This document shows positions 38,615 through 46,787 of a DNA stretch of 64,000 nucleotides, piece after piece (the stretch's first letter is position 1; every line of letters begins with the position of its first letter). The stretch lies in the UHGV virus genome UHGV-1363143. The stretch is one strand, 5' to 3'. A program made the translations under genes and the position numbers. The notes below the pieces were generated by a model, which had not been told where the DNA came from, searched no databases, and worked only from the letters and a program-made list of their open reading frames with translations. The stretch is from a virus.

Positions 38615-38701
38615 TGGCAGGGGCTGTAGGATTCGAACCTACGTGGTGTTGTGCACAATGGTTTTGGAGACCACCGCCCTCGACCTCTAGGCAAAACCCC
38701 T
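38615..38701 (-). tRNA. atypical 87-nt tRNA: type II (long variable arm) architecture but anticodon CCA (Trp reading)
   Basis: Acceptor AGGGGUU/AGCCCCU plus G plus CCA, T-arm GUAGG-UUCGAAU-CCUAC, anticodon stem GUGGU/ACCAU with loop CUCCAAA. A 15-nt extra arm (UGUGCACAACACCAC) follows. Alternatively GUGGU pairs with the distal ACCAC. Confidence 0.45.
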
Positions 38702-38836
38702 GTAAATCTCCCGATTAGTTTAAAGACATTTATGGGACTGGTCATTAGAGAGGTCTTATGTATAAATTAAAACGTTATGCATAAATATATTATGTTAACA
38801 TCTATAAAAAGACTACTGATTTGAAAAACTTTTTTA

Positions 38837-38923
38837 TGGCGGAGAGTCTGGGACTCGAACCCAGAAGCCATTACTGACCAACAGTTTTCAAGACTGTCTG
38901 ACTACCAATTATCACAACTCTCC
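38837..38923 (-). tRNA. tRNA-Ser (UGA), type II
   Basis: Acceptor GGAGAGU/ACUCUCC plus G plus CCA, anticodon arm ACAGU-CUUGAAA-ACUGU, long variable arm, T-loop UUCGAGU. Confidence 0.85.
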
Positions 38924-39021
38924 ATGTTTATAGGAGAAAACGAAATAGGTGATAGGAATTGAACCTACACTTACTGCCATCCCTATCTCTAGCTGGCCTT
39001 GCTTCATTCTCCTGTTGCAAC

Positions 39022-39096
39022 TGGCGGAGGTGGAAGGGATTGAACCTTCGAATGATGGAATCAAAATCCATTGCCTTACCACTTGGCGACACCTCT
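39022..39096 (-). tRNA. tRNA-Gln (UUG)
   Basis: AGAGGUGUCGCCAAGUGGUAAGGC, closely matching the bacterial tRNA-Gln D-arm. Anticodon loop UUUUGAU, T-loop UUCAAUC, A1-C72 mismatch, CCA encoded. Confidence 0.8.
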
Positions 39097-39297
39097 ATAT
39101 AAAATGGCAATTTTACCGTTTGCCAAACGTTCTATGGTTTATACAAAAACTCATATCGTAAAATTTAAACGGGCTTAAGTGCCCTAAATTCTGGCATTTC
39201 ACCACGGGTATTTAGCAACCCAGGATTTTTATTATTGAATCTAATAAATTAAGATCCGTTCTAAGCACTGCAAAAAAATCTTAAAAAAATTTCGCTT

Positions 39298-39373
39298 TGG
39301 TCGGAGTTACAGGACTCGAACCTGTGATCTCATGGTCCCAAACCATGCACCTTACCATCTAGGCCAAACTCCG
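39298..39373 (-). tRNA. tRNA-Pro (UGG)
   Basis: CGGAGUUUGGCCUAGAUGGUAAGG..., anticodon loop UUUGGGA, T-loop UUCGAGU, CCA encoded. Confidence 0.9.
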
Positions 39374-39382
39374 ATATATAAA

Positions 39383-39474
39383 TGGCGGAGGACACAGGAT
39401 TCGAACCTGCGGAGGAACTTTCGTCCCTCGAATGCTTAGCAAGCACCTGCCTTAAACCTCTCGGCCAATCCTCC
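39383..39474 (-). tRNA. tRNA-Ser (GCU), type II
   Basis: Acceptor GGAGGAU/GUCCUCC plus G plus CCA, anticodon loop UUGCUAA, long variable arm CGAGGGACGAAAGUUCCUCCG, T-loop UUCGAAU. Confidence 0.85.
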
Positions 39475-39564
39475 ATATTAATAGCTCATTTTGGTCAGTT
39501 GAGCTAAACTGTAGTCTATAAGACTAAAAAATGAACATTGGAATTTAATATTGAATTGAATTAG

Positions 39565-39641
39565 TGGCGACTCACAAGGGGATCGAACCCTCGACCTCTG
39601 GCGTGACAGGCCAGCACTCTAACCATCTGAGCTAGTGAGCC
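39565..39641 (-). tRNA. tRNA-Asp (GUC)
   Basis: GGCUCACUAGCUCAGAUGGUUAGAG..., anticodon loop CUGUCAC, T-loop UUCGAUC, CCA encoded. Confidence 0.9.
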
Positions 39642-39647
39642 ATATTA

Positions 39648-39736
39648 TGGTGTCGTGAGAAGGATTCGAACCTCCAACCACCTGAGTCTTGTTAATGGAG
39701 CTCCCTCAGTGCGTATACCAATTCCGCCACCACGAC
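39648..39736 (-). tRNA. tRNA-like gene with 18-nt anticodon loop (11-nt insertion); anticodon undetermined
   Basis: Acceptor GUCGUGG/UCACGAC plus A plus CCA, D-arm GCG-GAAUUGGUAUA-CGC, T-arm GGAGG-UUCGAAU-CCUUC. A perfect 5-bp stem CUGAG/CUCAG encloses GGAGCUCCAUUAACAAGA. Confidence 0.4.
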
Positions 39737-39860
39737 ATATCTATGTTTCTATATTATGTGCCTTCTAAAAAAAAGACTACTCCTGAAAAATGTTTTTTAG
39801 ATTTTTCGTCGTACTTCATTATTACAAGCTATATTTTTCTTATACACATTTGAAAATAAA

Positions 39861-39893
39861 AAAGCTGGGAATTTTTTATCCCAGCCTTATATT
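39861..39893 (-). terminator. rho-independent terminator after the peptidoglycan hydrolase gene (GCUGGGA-loop-UCCCAGC then U-run)
   Basis: 7-bp GC-rich stem, 8-nt loop, then a U8 tract on the minus strand immediately after the stop codon of 39892..40869. Confidence 0.6.
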
Positions 39894-40869
39894 ACAGCTT
39901 TGCTAATAAATCATTAGCTATTGCATTAATGTTTCTTGACCATGTGGTACCTTCGCAATATTTTGTATTTACATTCCATATGCTAGGTCCATTATAATGA
40001 GCTCCTCCTTCAGTAAGGTAAGCAGTATTAATAAGATTAGCTATATAATTTAAGCTCTCTCCCCAATTATCAAATCTTCTCCATGAGTTACCTTTTTTAA
40101 CTCCACCAATATTATTATATGTTCTAGCTAAATAAGATCTTCCATGTCCTGATTCTTCCGAGTTAAGTGCTATTAAGAATATTGCATTTACATTGTATTT
40201 CTTTTCTGCATAATAATATGCTTTTGATAATGATTGTAATGCACTGCCCTCTAACATTTTATGAATTTGAGACTCTGATAAATTACTTAATTCTCTCAAG
40301 TTATAAGGATTATAATGAGGAATTCCATCTACTTGTTTTTGTACTTTTGGTTCCTTATATACTTCATATGGTGGGTTTTCTTGATATTGTTCAACTAATG
40401 ACATATCAATAAAACCTTCTTTGCCATTATAATTAATTTTTAACCAGTTCCATTGTCTTTCAATTATCTCAAAAGTCATACCTTTTCTAAATAAAAGAAT
40501 TACTTCTGAATCATAATTAGGTTCTGTTCTAAAACGAGAATAGTCAGCGATAACTTGTCCATATTTTTGATGTTCAGTTTTTAATCTTTGCTCTTCTTCT
40601 AACCTTTCTTGCTCTAGTCTTTTTTGTTCAACCATTTCTAAATGTTTCTCATAAATGTTTTTGGGACTCATAAAAATAGGATTTGTAAGAGATTGGTCTT
40701 CTATTGATAGCTCTATTGCTGCAGGTTCTAATTTATTATTAATACGCATGTTATTACTTGCAGTATCAAAACAATGTACTGGCAAAAATGTAGATGTATA
40801 TGCATATAAACCAGCTAAGCATTTAGCTAAATGTGTCATAAAAACACTCCTTTCTGATTTCTCCCTCAT
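39892..40869 (-). CDS. peptidoglycan hydrolase (glucosaminidase-domain plus SH3-like; endolysin or virion lysin candidate)
   Basis: C-terminal FLIALNSEESGHGRSYLARTYNNIGGVK resembles the glucosaminidase AxxESGxG motif. A central SH3-like segment GMTFEIIERQWNWLKINYNGKEGFID is present, and the N-terminus is coiled-coil. Confidence 0.6.
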   Translation of the reverse strand: MREKSERSVFMTHLAKCLAGLYAYTSTFLPVHCFDTASNNMRINNKLEPAAIELSIEDQSLTNPIFMSPKNIYEKHLEMVEQKRLEQERLEEEQRLKTEHQKYGQVIADYSRFRTEPNYDSEVILLFRKGMTFEIIERQWNWLKINYNGKEGFIDMSLVEQYQENPPYEVYKEPKVQKQVDGIPHYNPYNLRELSNLSESQIHKMLEGSALQSLSKAYYYAEKKYNVNAIFLIALNSEESGHGRSYLARTYNNIGGVKKGNSWRRFDNWGESLNYIANLINTAYLTEGGAHYNGPSIWNVNTKYCEGTTWSRNINAIANDLLAKL

Positions 40870-40894
40870 ATCCTGTATTACTATTTAGGATAAT

Positions 40895-41515
40895 TTATTT
40901 AATATTCTTTCTTCTTTTGTAATCTGCTAGGCTAATTACATTATTTTTATTCTGTTTAAATCCAGACACTATAAAGGCTAGTGTATATAAAATTGCATCT
41001 GTTTCGTCATCTGAATAAGTGTTATCCATGATTATATCTTCGTACAAATCCAATATCAGAATTCTTTCTTGATCTTGAATAATGATAAGAGACAATTCAT
41101 TGTCGAATAGCACTTCGTATTCAAATGTTTTATTTTTTATATCAAAATTGACTTCCCCATATACTCTTATAATGTTGAAATCAGGTAAGTAAATGTTAGG
41201 CATATAATCAGTTCTTAAATAAGAGCAATTTTCTGTTTCAATTACTTCTGCACTTAAACAAGTAAGAAGTTTATTAAATTCTTTTGCTTTGTTTAATGAA
41301 ATGATTGCTTTGCCTTTTTCTAATAATCCTGTATATGTATCATGAAAATAATTAGATATTTCTTTTAATACTTTAGCTACAGCATTATCTTTTGCTAGCA
41401 TAATTTCATAGTCATATTCATCGAATACATCATCAAATATGCTTTCATTTGCATTTACTTTAAATACACAGTTATTTTTCATTTGCATCCCTCCTATATA
41501 TACATAAAGCGGCAA
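40895..41515 (-). CDS. hypothetical protein
   Basis: 206-aa ORF. Confidence 0.5.
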   Translation of the reverse strand: MPLYVYIGGMQMKNNCVFKVNANESIFDDVFDEYDYEIMLAKDNAVAKVLKEISNYFHDTYTGLLEKGKAIISLNKAKEFNKLLTCLSAEVIETENCSYLRTDYMPNIYLPDFNIIRVYGEVNFDIKNKTFEYEVLFDNELSLIIIQDQERILILDLYEDIIMDNTYSDDETDAILYTLAFIVSGFKQNKNNVISLADYKRRKNIK

Positions 41516-41575
41516 TTAAGCCGCTATTTTTTAACTCAACAATATATTTTATGTTGAGCTATGTAGAAATGAATA

Positions 41576-41839
41576 CTATTTAAGGTATTCAAGTATATCT
41601 TTATGGGATTGGATAGTATTTTTTGATTTAAAGTATTTGATATAATTCTCTCCATATGATTTGAATATGGACTGTAATCTTATGTGTCTTGAACTTATAT
41701 ATTTTTCTTTTCCTGTTCCTTTACATCTAGGACAATCTTCTTGAACATAGTAATCAGTTCCTCCAATAAATGGATTGAATTCATTGCCTTTTTTAAATAC
41801 TAAAAAACTCTTCCTCCCCTTACATAATGAACATTTCAT
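41576..41839 (-). CDS. zinc-ribbon protein
   Basis: 87 aa with CSLCKG...CPRCKG. Confidence 0.45.
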   Translation of the reverse strand: MKCSLCKGRKSFLVFKKGNEFNPFIGGTDYYVQEDCPRCKGTGKEKYISSRHIRLQSIFKSYGENYIKYFKSKNTIQSHKDILEYLK

Positions 41840-41943
41840 GTTAGGTCCTTTCTTTTATAGAGATTAGGAGTTGCTAGATGATAAAACTGTTTAAAGCTAA
41901 TACATAAAACAATGACGAAACAGTTTATGCTATTTTATTACAT

Positions 41944-41972
41944 AAAAAAAAGATTATAAAAAATATAATCTT
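41944..41972 (-). terminator. rho-independent terminator (9-bp perfect inverted repeat AAGAUUAUA/UAUAAUCUU then U8)
   Basis: Perfect 9-bp stem with a 5-nt loop, followed by a U-run on the minus strand. It lies downstream of the 42070-42440 structured block and of gene 42600..42794. Confidence 0.5.
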
Positions 41973-42069
41973 AGTAATTCTGTGCTTTTCCCTTGTATTT
42001 CGAAAGAATCTTTTATTTTTTTTTATTCACAAGTAGTCTATTATTTTTTAGCAACATAATATAAAAACG

Positions 42070-42440
42070 TTAAGCGATTAACAGTACATATTATGGAGCA
42101 TACACCAAAGATGAATGCAGTTGCCCTATTACTTAAACATGGGAACCTTGCAAAAGGAGTCTTGCGAAGACTATAAAGATTTCCTACCGAAAGGTAAGGA
42201 TACAGAAAGCACAGCTGATGCAAAATAGTGCCTCTGGACAGTAAATGGCCATTCCCCTAGCACATGGTCGTTCAGGTTGAGACGTGATGACGACGTAATG
42301 GTCAGGAGGGAGTTCTGGGTGCATAGATGCACGGGAACTATAAGCAATTACATGGACAGAACCAATGTAGCAAAAGCTTATAGGTGTTTAACACATAACT
42401 GCTAGGGTGTAAGATAGTGATACGATTGACATATACGAAG
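42070..42440 (-). ncRNA. GC-enriched ORF-free structured element, ~370 nt, at the divergent junction; candidate ncRNA or long structured 3' UTR
   Basis: GC content is roughly twice the local background. Local hairpins include AGUCUU-GCG-AAGACU and a GNRA-capped CCUACC-GAAA-GGUAAGG. The minus-strand terminator at 41944-41972 is immediately distal. Confidence 0.3.
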
Positions 42441-42599
42441 CACAGATTATAGTTATTCTTTATTGATTGTAAAATTATATAGTATTTTGTATTTTTTTAC
42501 AATTGGTAAGGAAATAACTATATCCGTTCCACTCCGAGCATGCCGAAGTACAGGTGCTTTTCGCTTCTCTATACAAAACGTTCATAATTTTAAACGCTC

Positions 42600-42794
42600 C
42601 TACTCATCGACTGTATCATACGCCTTGGTTCTCTCCCAACCGTACTCTTTCCCACTAACGACTTCTAGTTTTTCTGTTTCAGCTATCTCAAGTATAGAGT
42701 TGCTGATCCTTCTCATAATATCTTCTCTCTGAGATTCTGTCTTATCAGCAAAATCAATCTCAACAAGAAGCTGGTATATTGGTTGTTTTGCCAT
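42600..42794 (-). CDS. hypothetical small acidic protein
   Basis: 64 aa. An AGGAGG RBS sits 7 nt upstream of the ATG. Confidence 0.45.
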   Translation of the reverse strand: MAKQPIYQLLVEIDFADKTESQREDIMRRISNSILEIAETEKLEVVSGKEYGWERTKAYDTVDE

Positions 42795-42987
42795 TTAAAA
42801 GCCTCCTACTTTTTTATTTTTAAAGTAGTCTTCTTCTTTAGCTTCTTAAATAACTTATCTAATTCTTTATCCTTATTATTCATTATTGCTTGTACCTCTC
42901 TTTTTAAAATATTTATTTAGATTGTTGACATAATAATAAATTCTTATACATATAATTTTACATAACACTATTGAAAGGGGTACGCTT

Positions 42988-43551
42988 ATGTTAAATACAG
43001 TTAAAAAGCCATCATTATTATGTAGAGTAGCAATCGGAATTGATAATTTCATAGAGAGACTATTTGCAGTAGAAAGTGATCCTGAATTCGAATTATGCAT
43101 ACCAGATAGTATTCTTCATAGAACTGAACTTATATGTGAATACATTAAAACTGAAAAAGGATATGATTTCGAAGTTGAAGGATTTCTTATGCTTTTATAT
43201 TTAGACTTCATAAAGAATTGTATTAAAAGCTACAATCCACGCAAAGTATTTAAGCAATTAACTAAGGAACACTATCAAGATCAATATTTGACTGCTGTTA
43301 ACTGTGGTGTCCCTGAGATAATACCTATTATTAAATACAGCAAAACTAATCTAGTTATCAGTATGGCCGAAGAAGACGTTAGGAAGGGCCAACTAATACT
43401 AGATGAATTATATGACTTATATGGATATAGAATTCCTTTCTCCAAACTTCTTGAAAACCTATGGATAGGATTCATTGAAGATTACAAAACTGGAGAAAAT
43501 AAAAGAGCTTATTACTCAATAGTAAAAATTCTTAAAGAATGCATTGATTAA
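42988..43551 (+). CDS. hypothetical protein (first gene of plus-strand block)
   Basis: 187-aa ORF with RBS AAAGGGG. Confidence 0.5.
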   Translation: MLNTVKKPSLLCRVAIGIDNFIERLFAVESDPEFELCIPDSILHRTELICEYIKTEKGYDFEVEGFLMLLYLDFIKNCIKSYNPRKVFKQLTKEHYQDQYLTAVNCGVPEIIPIIKYSKTNLVISMAEEDVRKGQLILDELYDLYGYRIPFSKLLENLWIGFIEDYKTGENKRAYYSIVKILKECID

Positions 43552-43665
43552 GCTCCCTTGAATATGCGTTGTATTTTTCGATTCTTTTCGAAAAAACATT
43601 GCTTTTATAATAATTTATAGGTACAATGTAGATACAACGTATATGCAAAAAAGCTTAGGGAGGTA

Positions 43666-44670
43666 ATGTTAATGTCAAAGAATTCTAAGAAGTATGTTTT
43701 AGTACTTGACTTGGGTAAAGGTGTAGCGAAAGGTTTAGGCTGTGAAATCACAGATAGTATACCTAATCCAGAATCATTAAAAAAATCTATGTTTGAAACA
43801 AAGAGTTATGATTTAAATAAAGGTTATACTGAATTACAAGGAAATTCTCATAAAGTAGATTTCAATGGTAGCTCAGTAATTTTAGGTGAACAAGGCGTAG
43901 ATCGTAGCTTTGAAACTAGTAAAACTACTCCACTTCATCAAATGTGTGCTTACACATTAATTAGCCAATATCTTGAACCTGATACTAAGGATAATGAAAT
44001 ATATCTTGTTCTTGCTTGTCCTATAACAGTATTAAAGAGTGATAAAGCTAAGCAAGAATATAAAAACCTTATTAAGGGTGATGGACCTATATCAATAACT
44101 GTTAATGATAAATATTATGAATTTGAAATTAAAGATATCTTAATTAAGGCTGAAAGTTCAGGAGTATTATATTTAATGCCTGAAGAATTTAAAGATAAAA
44201 AAATTCTAGTGGTAGACTTTGGTGGTCTTAATATGACTAATACTATCTTTACTAATGGAGTATGTGTTAATCCTGAAAATGATAGATTTGCTGAAGAATG
44301 GGGATCTGTTGAATTAATCAATAAAGTAAGTAAACACTTAACAGATTATTCTAAAGGTAATATTGTAGATTTCCAAACTTCTGAAGAAGCTTTAAATAGA
44401 GGTCACTTATTAGAATATGGAAAACCTGATTTAGCTTCTACTGAATATATAGAAAGAGCTAAACAAGAGTTTATAGATGACTCTCTTAAAAAATTAGCTA
44501 GACATAATGTAAGAACAAAGAACTTAGATAAAATAATCTATATTGGAGGAACTAGTTCTTACTTAAAAGACCAAATAAAAGCGTTACCTAATGGTCAAAT
44601 CACAGATAATCCTCAATGGTCTTCCGTAGAAGGCTTATTAAAAATCGCTATTAAAAAATATATTAAATAA
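43666..44670 (+). CDS. parM: actin-like ATPase of the ParM/StbA/Alp family (type II partition NTPase)
   Basis: Phosphate-1-like KYVLVLDLGKG, phosphate-2-like LVVDFGGLNMTNTIF, adenosine-like IIYIGGTSSY. The likely start is ATG at 43672, after the AGGGAGG RBS. Confidence 0.65.
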   Translation: MLMSKNSKKYVLVLDLGKGVAKGLGCEITDSIPNPESLKKSMFETKSYDLNKGYTELQGNSHKVDFNGSSVILGEQGVDRSFETSKTTPLHQMCAYTLISQYLEPDTKDNEIYLVLACPITVLKSDKAKQEYKNLIKGDGPISITVNDKYYEFEIKDILIKAESSGVLYLMPEEFKDKKILVVDFGGLNMTNTIFTNGVCVNPENDRFAEEWGSVELINKVSKHLTDYSKGNIVDFQTSEEALNRGHLLEYGKPDLASTEYIERAKQEFIDDSLKKLARHNVRTKNLDKIIYIGGTSSYLKDQIKALPNGQITDNPQWSSVEGLLKIAIKKYIK

Positions 44671-44672
44671 CC

Positions 44673-44990
44673 ATGTCTAAAAGACCAGGCTCATTTGTTT
44701 TCACATTTAGTAAAAAGAACGAAGATGTGAAAAATATCATTGACAATAAAAAGAAATCCGATAAAAATTTTGTAAAAACTGACTACATGTGTGCTGCAGT
44801 TAGATTTTATGAAAAATATAAGGATAACTTTAATGATAACTCTTCTCTTAGCGAGAATGATGTAATAAGAATAGTCAATGAAATATTAAAAAACAATCAA
44901 ATTAGTGTTGATAGTGATGTGAATGTAATTAATACTTCACTTAATTTAAACACAGATCACATATCAGATAGCGATTTAGAGGAAGATTAA
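44673..44990 (+). CDS. small protein immediately downstream of parM-like gene; ParR-like centromere-binding adaptor candidate
   Basis: 105 aa. Sits 2 nt after the parM stop, with a basic N-terminus and an acidic C-terminus. Confidence 0.35.
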   Translation: MSKRPGSFVFTFSKKNEDVKNIIDNKKKSDKNFVKTDYMCAAVRFYEKYKDNFNDNSSLSENDVIRIVNEILKNNQISVDSDVNVINTSLNLNTDHISDSDLEED

Positions 44991-45018
44991 AGCACTGTAT
45001 AATTCAGTGCTTTTTTGA
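44991..45018 (+). terminator. rho-independent terminator (AGCACUG-loop-CAGUGCU then U6)
   Basis: 7-bp stem, 7-nt loop and a T-run directly after the ParR-like stop codon. Confidence 0.6.
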
Positions 45019-45025
45019 TATAATT

Positions 45026-46351
45026 ATGAATAATAGAGAGGTGATAAATGTGGACGAATACTTATTTAGTTTTATTATAGAAAATATAAATAAAGATAAG
45101 GAACTTAAAGAATTTTATGATAAATATTATTATGAATATTCTGAGATACCTTATGAGGATTACATAAAAGAATTATGCATTGATAATCCTGAATTCTTTA
45201 AATCTGAATTTGATGAGCATAGAAAAAAGATTTTAAAAGCCTATATAAACACTCGCTCAAGATTAAATAAAAAAGCGGTAGTTATAGGTAGACTTATAAA
45301 CTTTCCTTTAGCATCTGAATCTAAAAAAACTACCTTGAAATCAATTGTTGACAACGAATTGAAGTTATTACTAATTGAAAATATAAAAGAATTTTTTGAA
45401 GTAAATTCTAAAATCACTGAAAGACCTTTATCTTTAGATGGAATGTACACTACTAAAGAAAAAATGACTTTATATGATGCTGATTCTACATTAGATATTA
45501 ACGATAGAAAAGCCTATATGAGTGAAGAGAAATATAAACGTCAGATAGGCATTGTTCAACCTCTATTCTTTGCAAACCCTACTACTGAAGTAATATTTGT
45601 AAAAAAAGGTGAAAAGTCATATCTTAAGTCAAAATCAATGGATACTAAAGACCAAAAGATAATGGACTTTTTAATAGAAGAATATAAACAAGTAATGTAC
45701 TATCCAGATCAAGTTTTAATTTATCCTATTCATCAAATATCAAAGCTGATATATAACAGAAAGGGTAAACAATATTTAGACTTAACTAGGGATAGATTAG
45801 CTAAAATAGGTAACTTAGGTCAGATAGTTTTTAATGATTCTATAATTAATAAAAAAGATGCACAAGGTAAGTTAATAGATCCTAAAGATAATTACGAAAT
45901 AGTAAGTTTTTTCGATATTCAATTCTTCACTAATGAATTAGGTGTACGTTTTTGTAAAATACTTATGTCTAGATCTATTGAATATGATTTAAAAACTAGC
46001 AATACAATAAAGCTATACAAACATAAGATTGAGCAAATAAAAAATGACTTTACAGCTATCTTTGTAAACTTTATTCAGTCTCAGCGTATTAACTCTTTAA
46101 TTTCTGATGAAGATGAGGCTATAGTACCATATAAAGTAATTAAAACTGGAATAAGACTTCCTAATGCAAGAAGTAAAGTTAAGAATTTAAAAGTAATTGA
46201 AGAATCTTTAGAAGAACTAGTTAATATGAACTTCTTAATTGATTCTTATGAAGTTAAAAATACTTATATTAAATTGCATTTCATACCATTTGGATATATA
46301 GAGCTAAAAGAACTTAAACTTGATTCTAAGGCTAAAGAGTTAGAAATCTAA
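45026..46351 (+). CDS. hypothetical protein upstream of iteron array
   Basis: 441-aa ORF. Confidence 0.5.
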   Translation: MNNREVINVDEYLFSFIIENINKDKELKEFYDKYYYEYSEIPYEDYIKELCIDNPEFFKSEFDEHRKKILKAYINTRSRLNKKAVVIGRLINFPLASESKKTTLKSIVDNELKLLLIENIKEFFEVNSKITERPLSLDGMYTTKEKMTLYDADSTLDINDRKAYMSEEKYKRQIGIVQPLFFANPTTEVIFVKKGEKSYLKSKSMDTKDQKIMDFLIEEYKQVMYYPDQVLIYPIHQISKLIYNRKGKQYLDLTRDRLAKIGNLGQIVFNDSIINKKDAQGKLIDPKDNYEIVSFFDIQFFTNELGVRFCKILMSRSIEYDLKTSNTIKLYKHKIEQIKNDFTAIFVNFIQSQRINSLISDEDEAIVPYKVIKTGIRLPNARSKVKNLKVIEESLEELVNMNFLIDSYEVKNTYIKLHFIPFGYIELKELKLDSKAKELEI

Positions 46352-46371
46352 TTTTCTAGCTCTTTTATTTT
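46336..46371 (+). terminator. rho-independent terminator (9-bp stem AGUUAGAAA/UUUCUAGCU then U-run)
   Basis: Imperfect palindrome overlapping the stop of 45026..46351, followed by tcttttatttttt. Confidence 0.45.
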
Positions 46372-46701
46372 TTAAATTACAGATGCATTTTTTAGGTACT
46401 ATATTTAAATTACAGATGCATTTTTTAGGTACTATATAAAAAAGAGATGCACTTTTTTGGTGCTATATCGACACAGAAGTGCATTTTTTAAGTGCTATAT
46501 TGATACTTTTTTTATAAGTGCATTTTTATCAATTATTTAACCTTTAAAAAGTTTTTTAAAATTTATGATTTTAAAACTAGAGATGCATTTTTTAGGTACT
46601 ATATTAATATAGAAGTGCATTTTTTTGGTGCTATATTAAAACTAGAGATGTATTTTTTAGGTACTATATCAACATAGAAGTGCATTTTTTTGGTGCTATA
46701 T
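46372..46701. repeat. iteron array: ~9 direct repeats of consensus AGA(T/A)GTGCATTTTTT(A/T)GGT(A/G)CTATAT around an AT-rich core; candidate plasmid-type origin or partition centromere
   Basis: A perfect 33-bp tandem duplication at 46372-46404 and 46405-46437. Further copies lie at ~46438, 46473, 46514 (partial), 46579, 46609, 46644 and 46674. Two alternating subtypes (..gatgcattttttaggtactatat and ..gaagtgcatttttttggtgctatat) recur at about 31-35 bp spacing, flanking the AT-rich tract 46531-46578. Confidence 0.75.
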
Positions 46702-46787
46702 TAATACTTTTCACAAATTAGACATAATAATTTTTTTAATATAAACTATGTTTATAATTAGAATATTATGTGAAAGGAGTGAAAACT

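Noticed and set aside
38928-39161. 60-aa and 70-aa ORFs overlapping tRNA-Ser/Gln and the tRNA fragment
   Set aside because: They overlap well-folded tRNA genes on both strands, so they are random ORFs in GC-richer RNA genes.
42463-42732. 89-aa plus-strand ORF
   Set aside because: It is antisense to the RBS-supported minus-strand gene 42600..42794 and lies upstream of the plus-strand block promoter region, with no RBS.
46372-46701. Possible CRISPR array
   Set aside because: The repeats are degenerate, come in two alternating subtypes and are separated by only 5-10 bp. There are no unique spacers of CRISPR length and no cas genes. An iteron origin or centromere is the better explanation.
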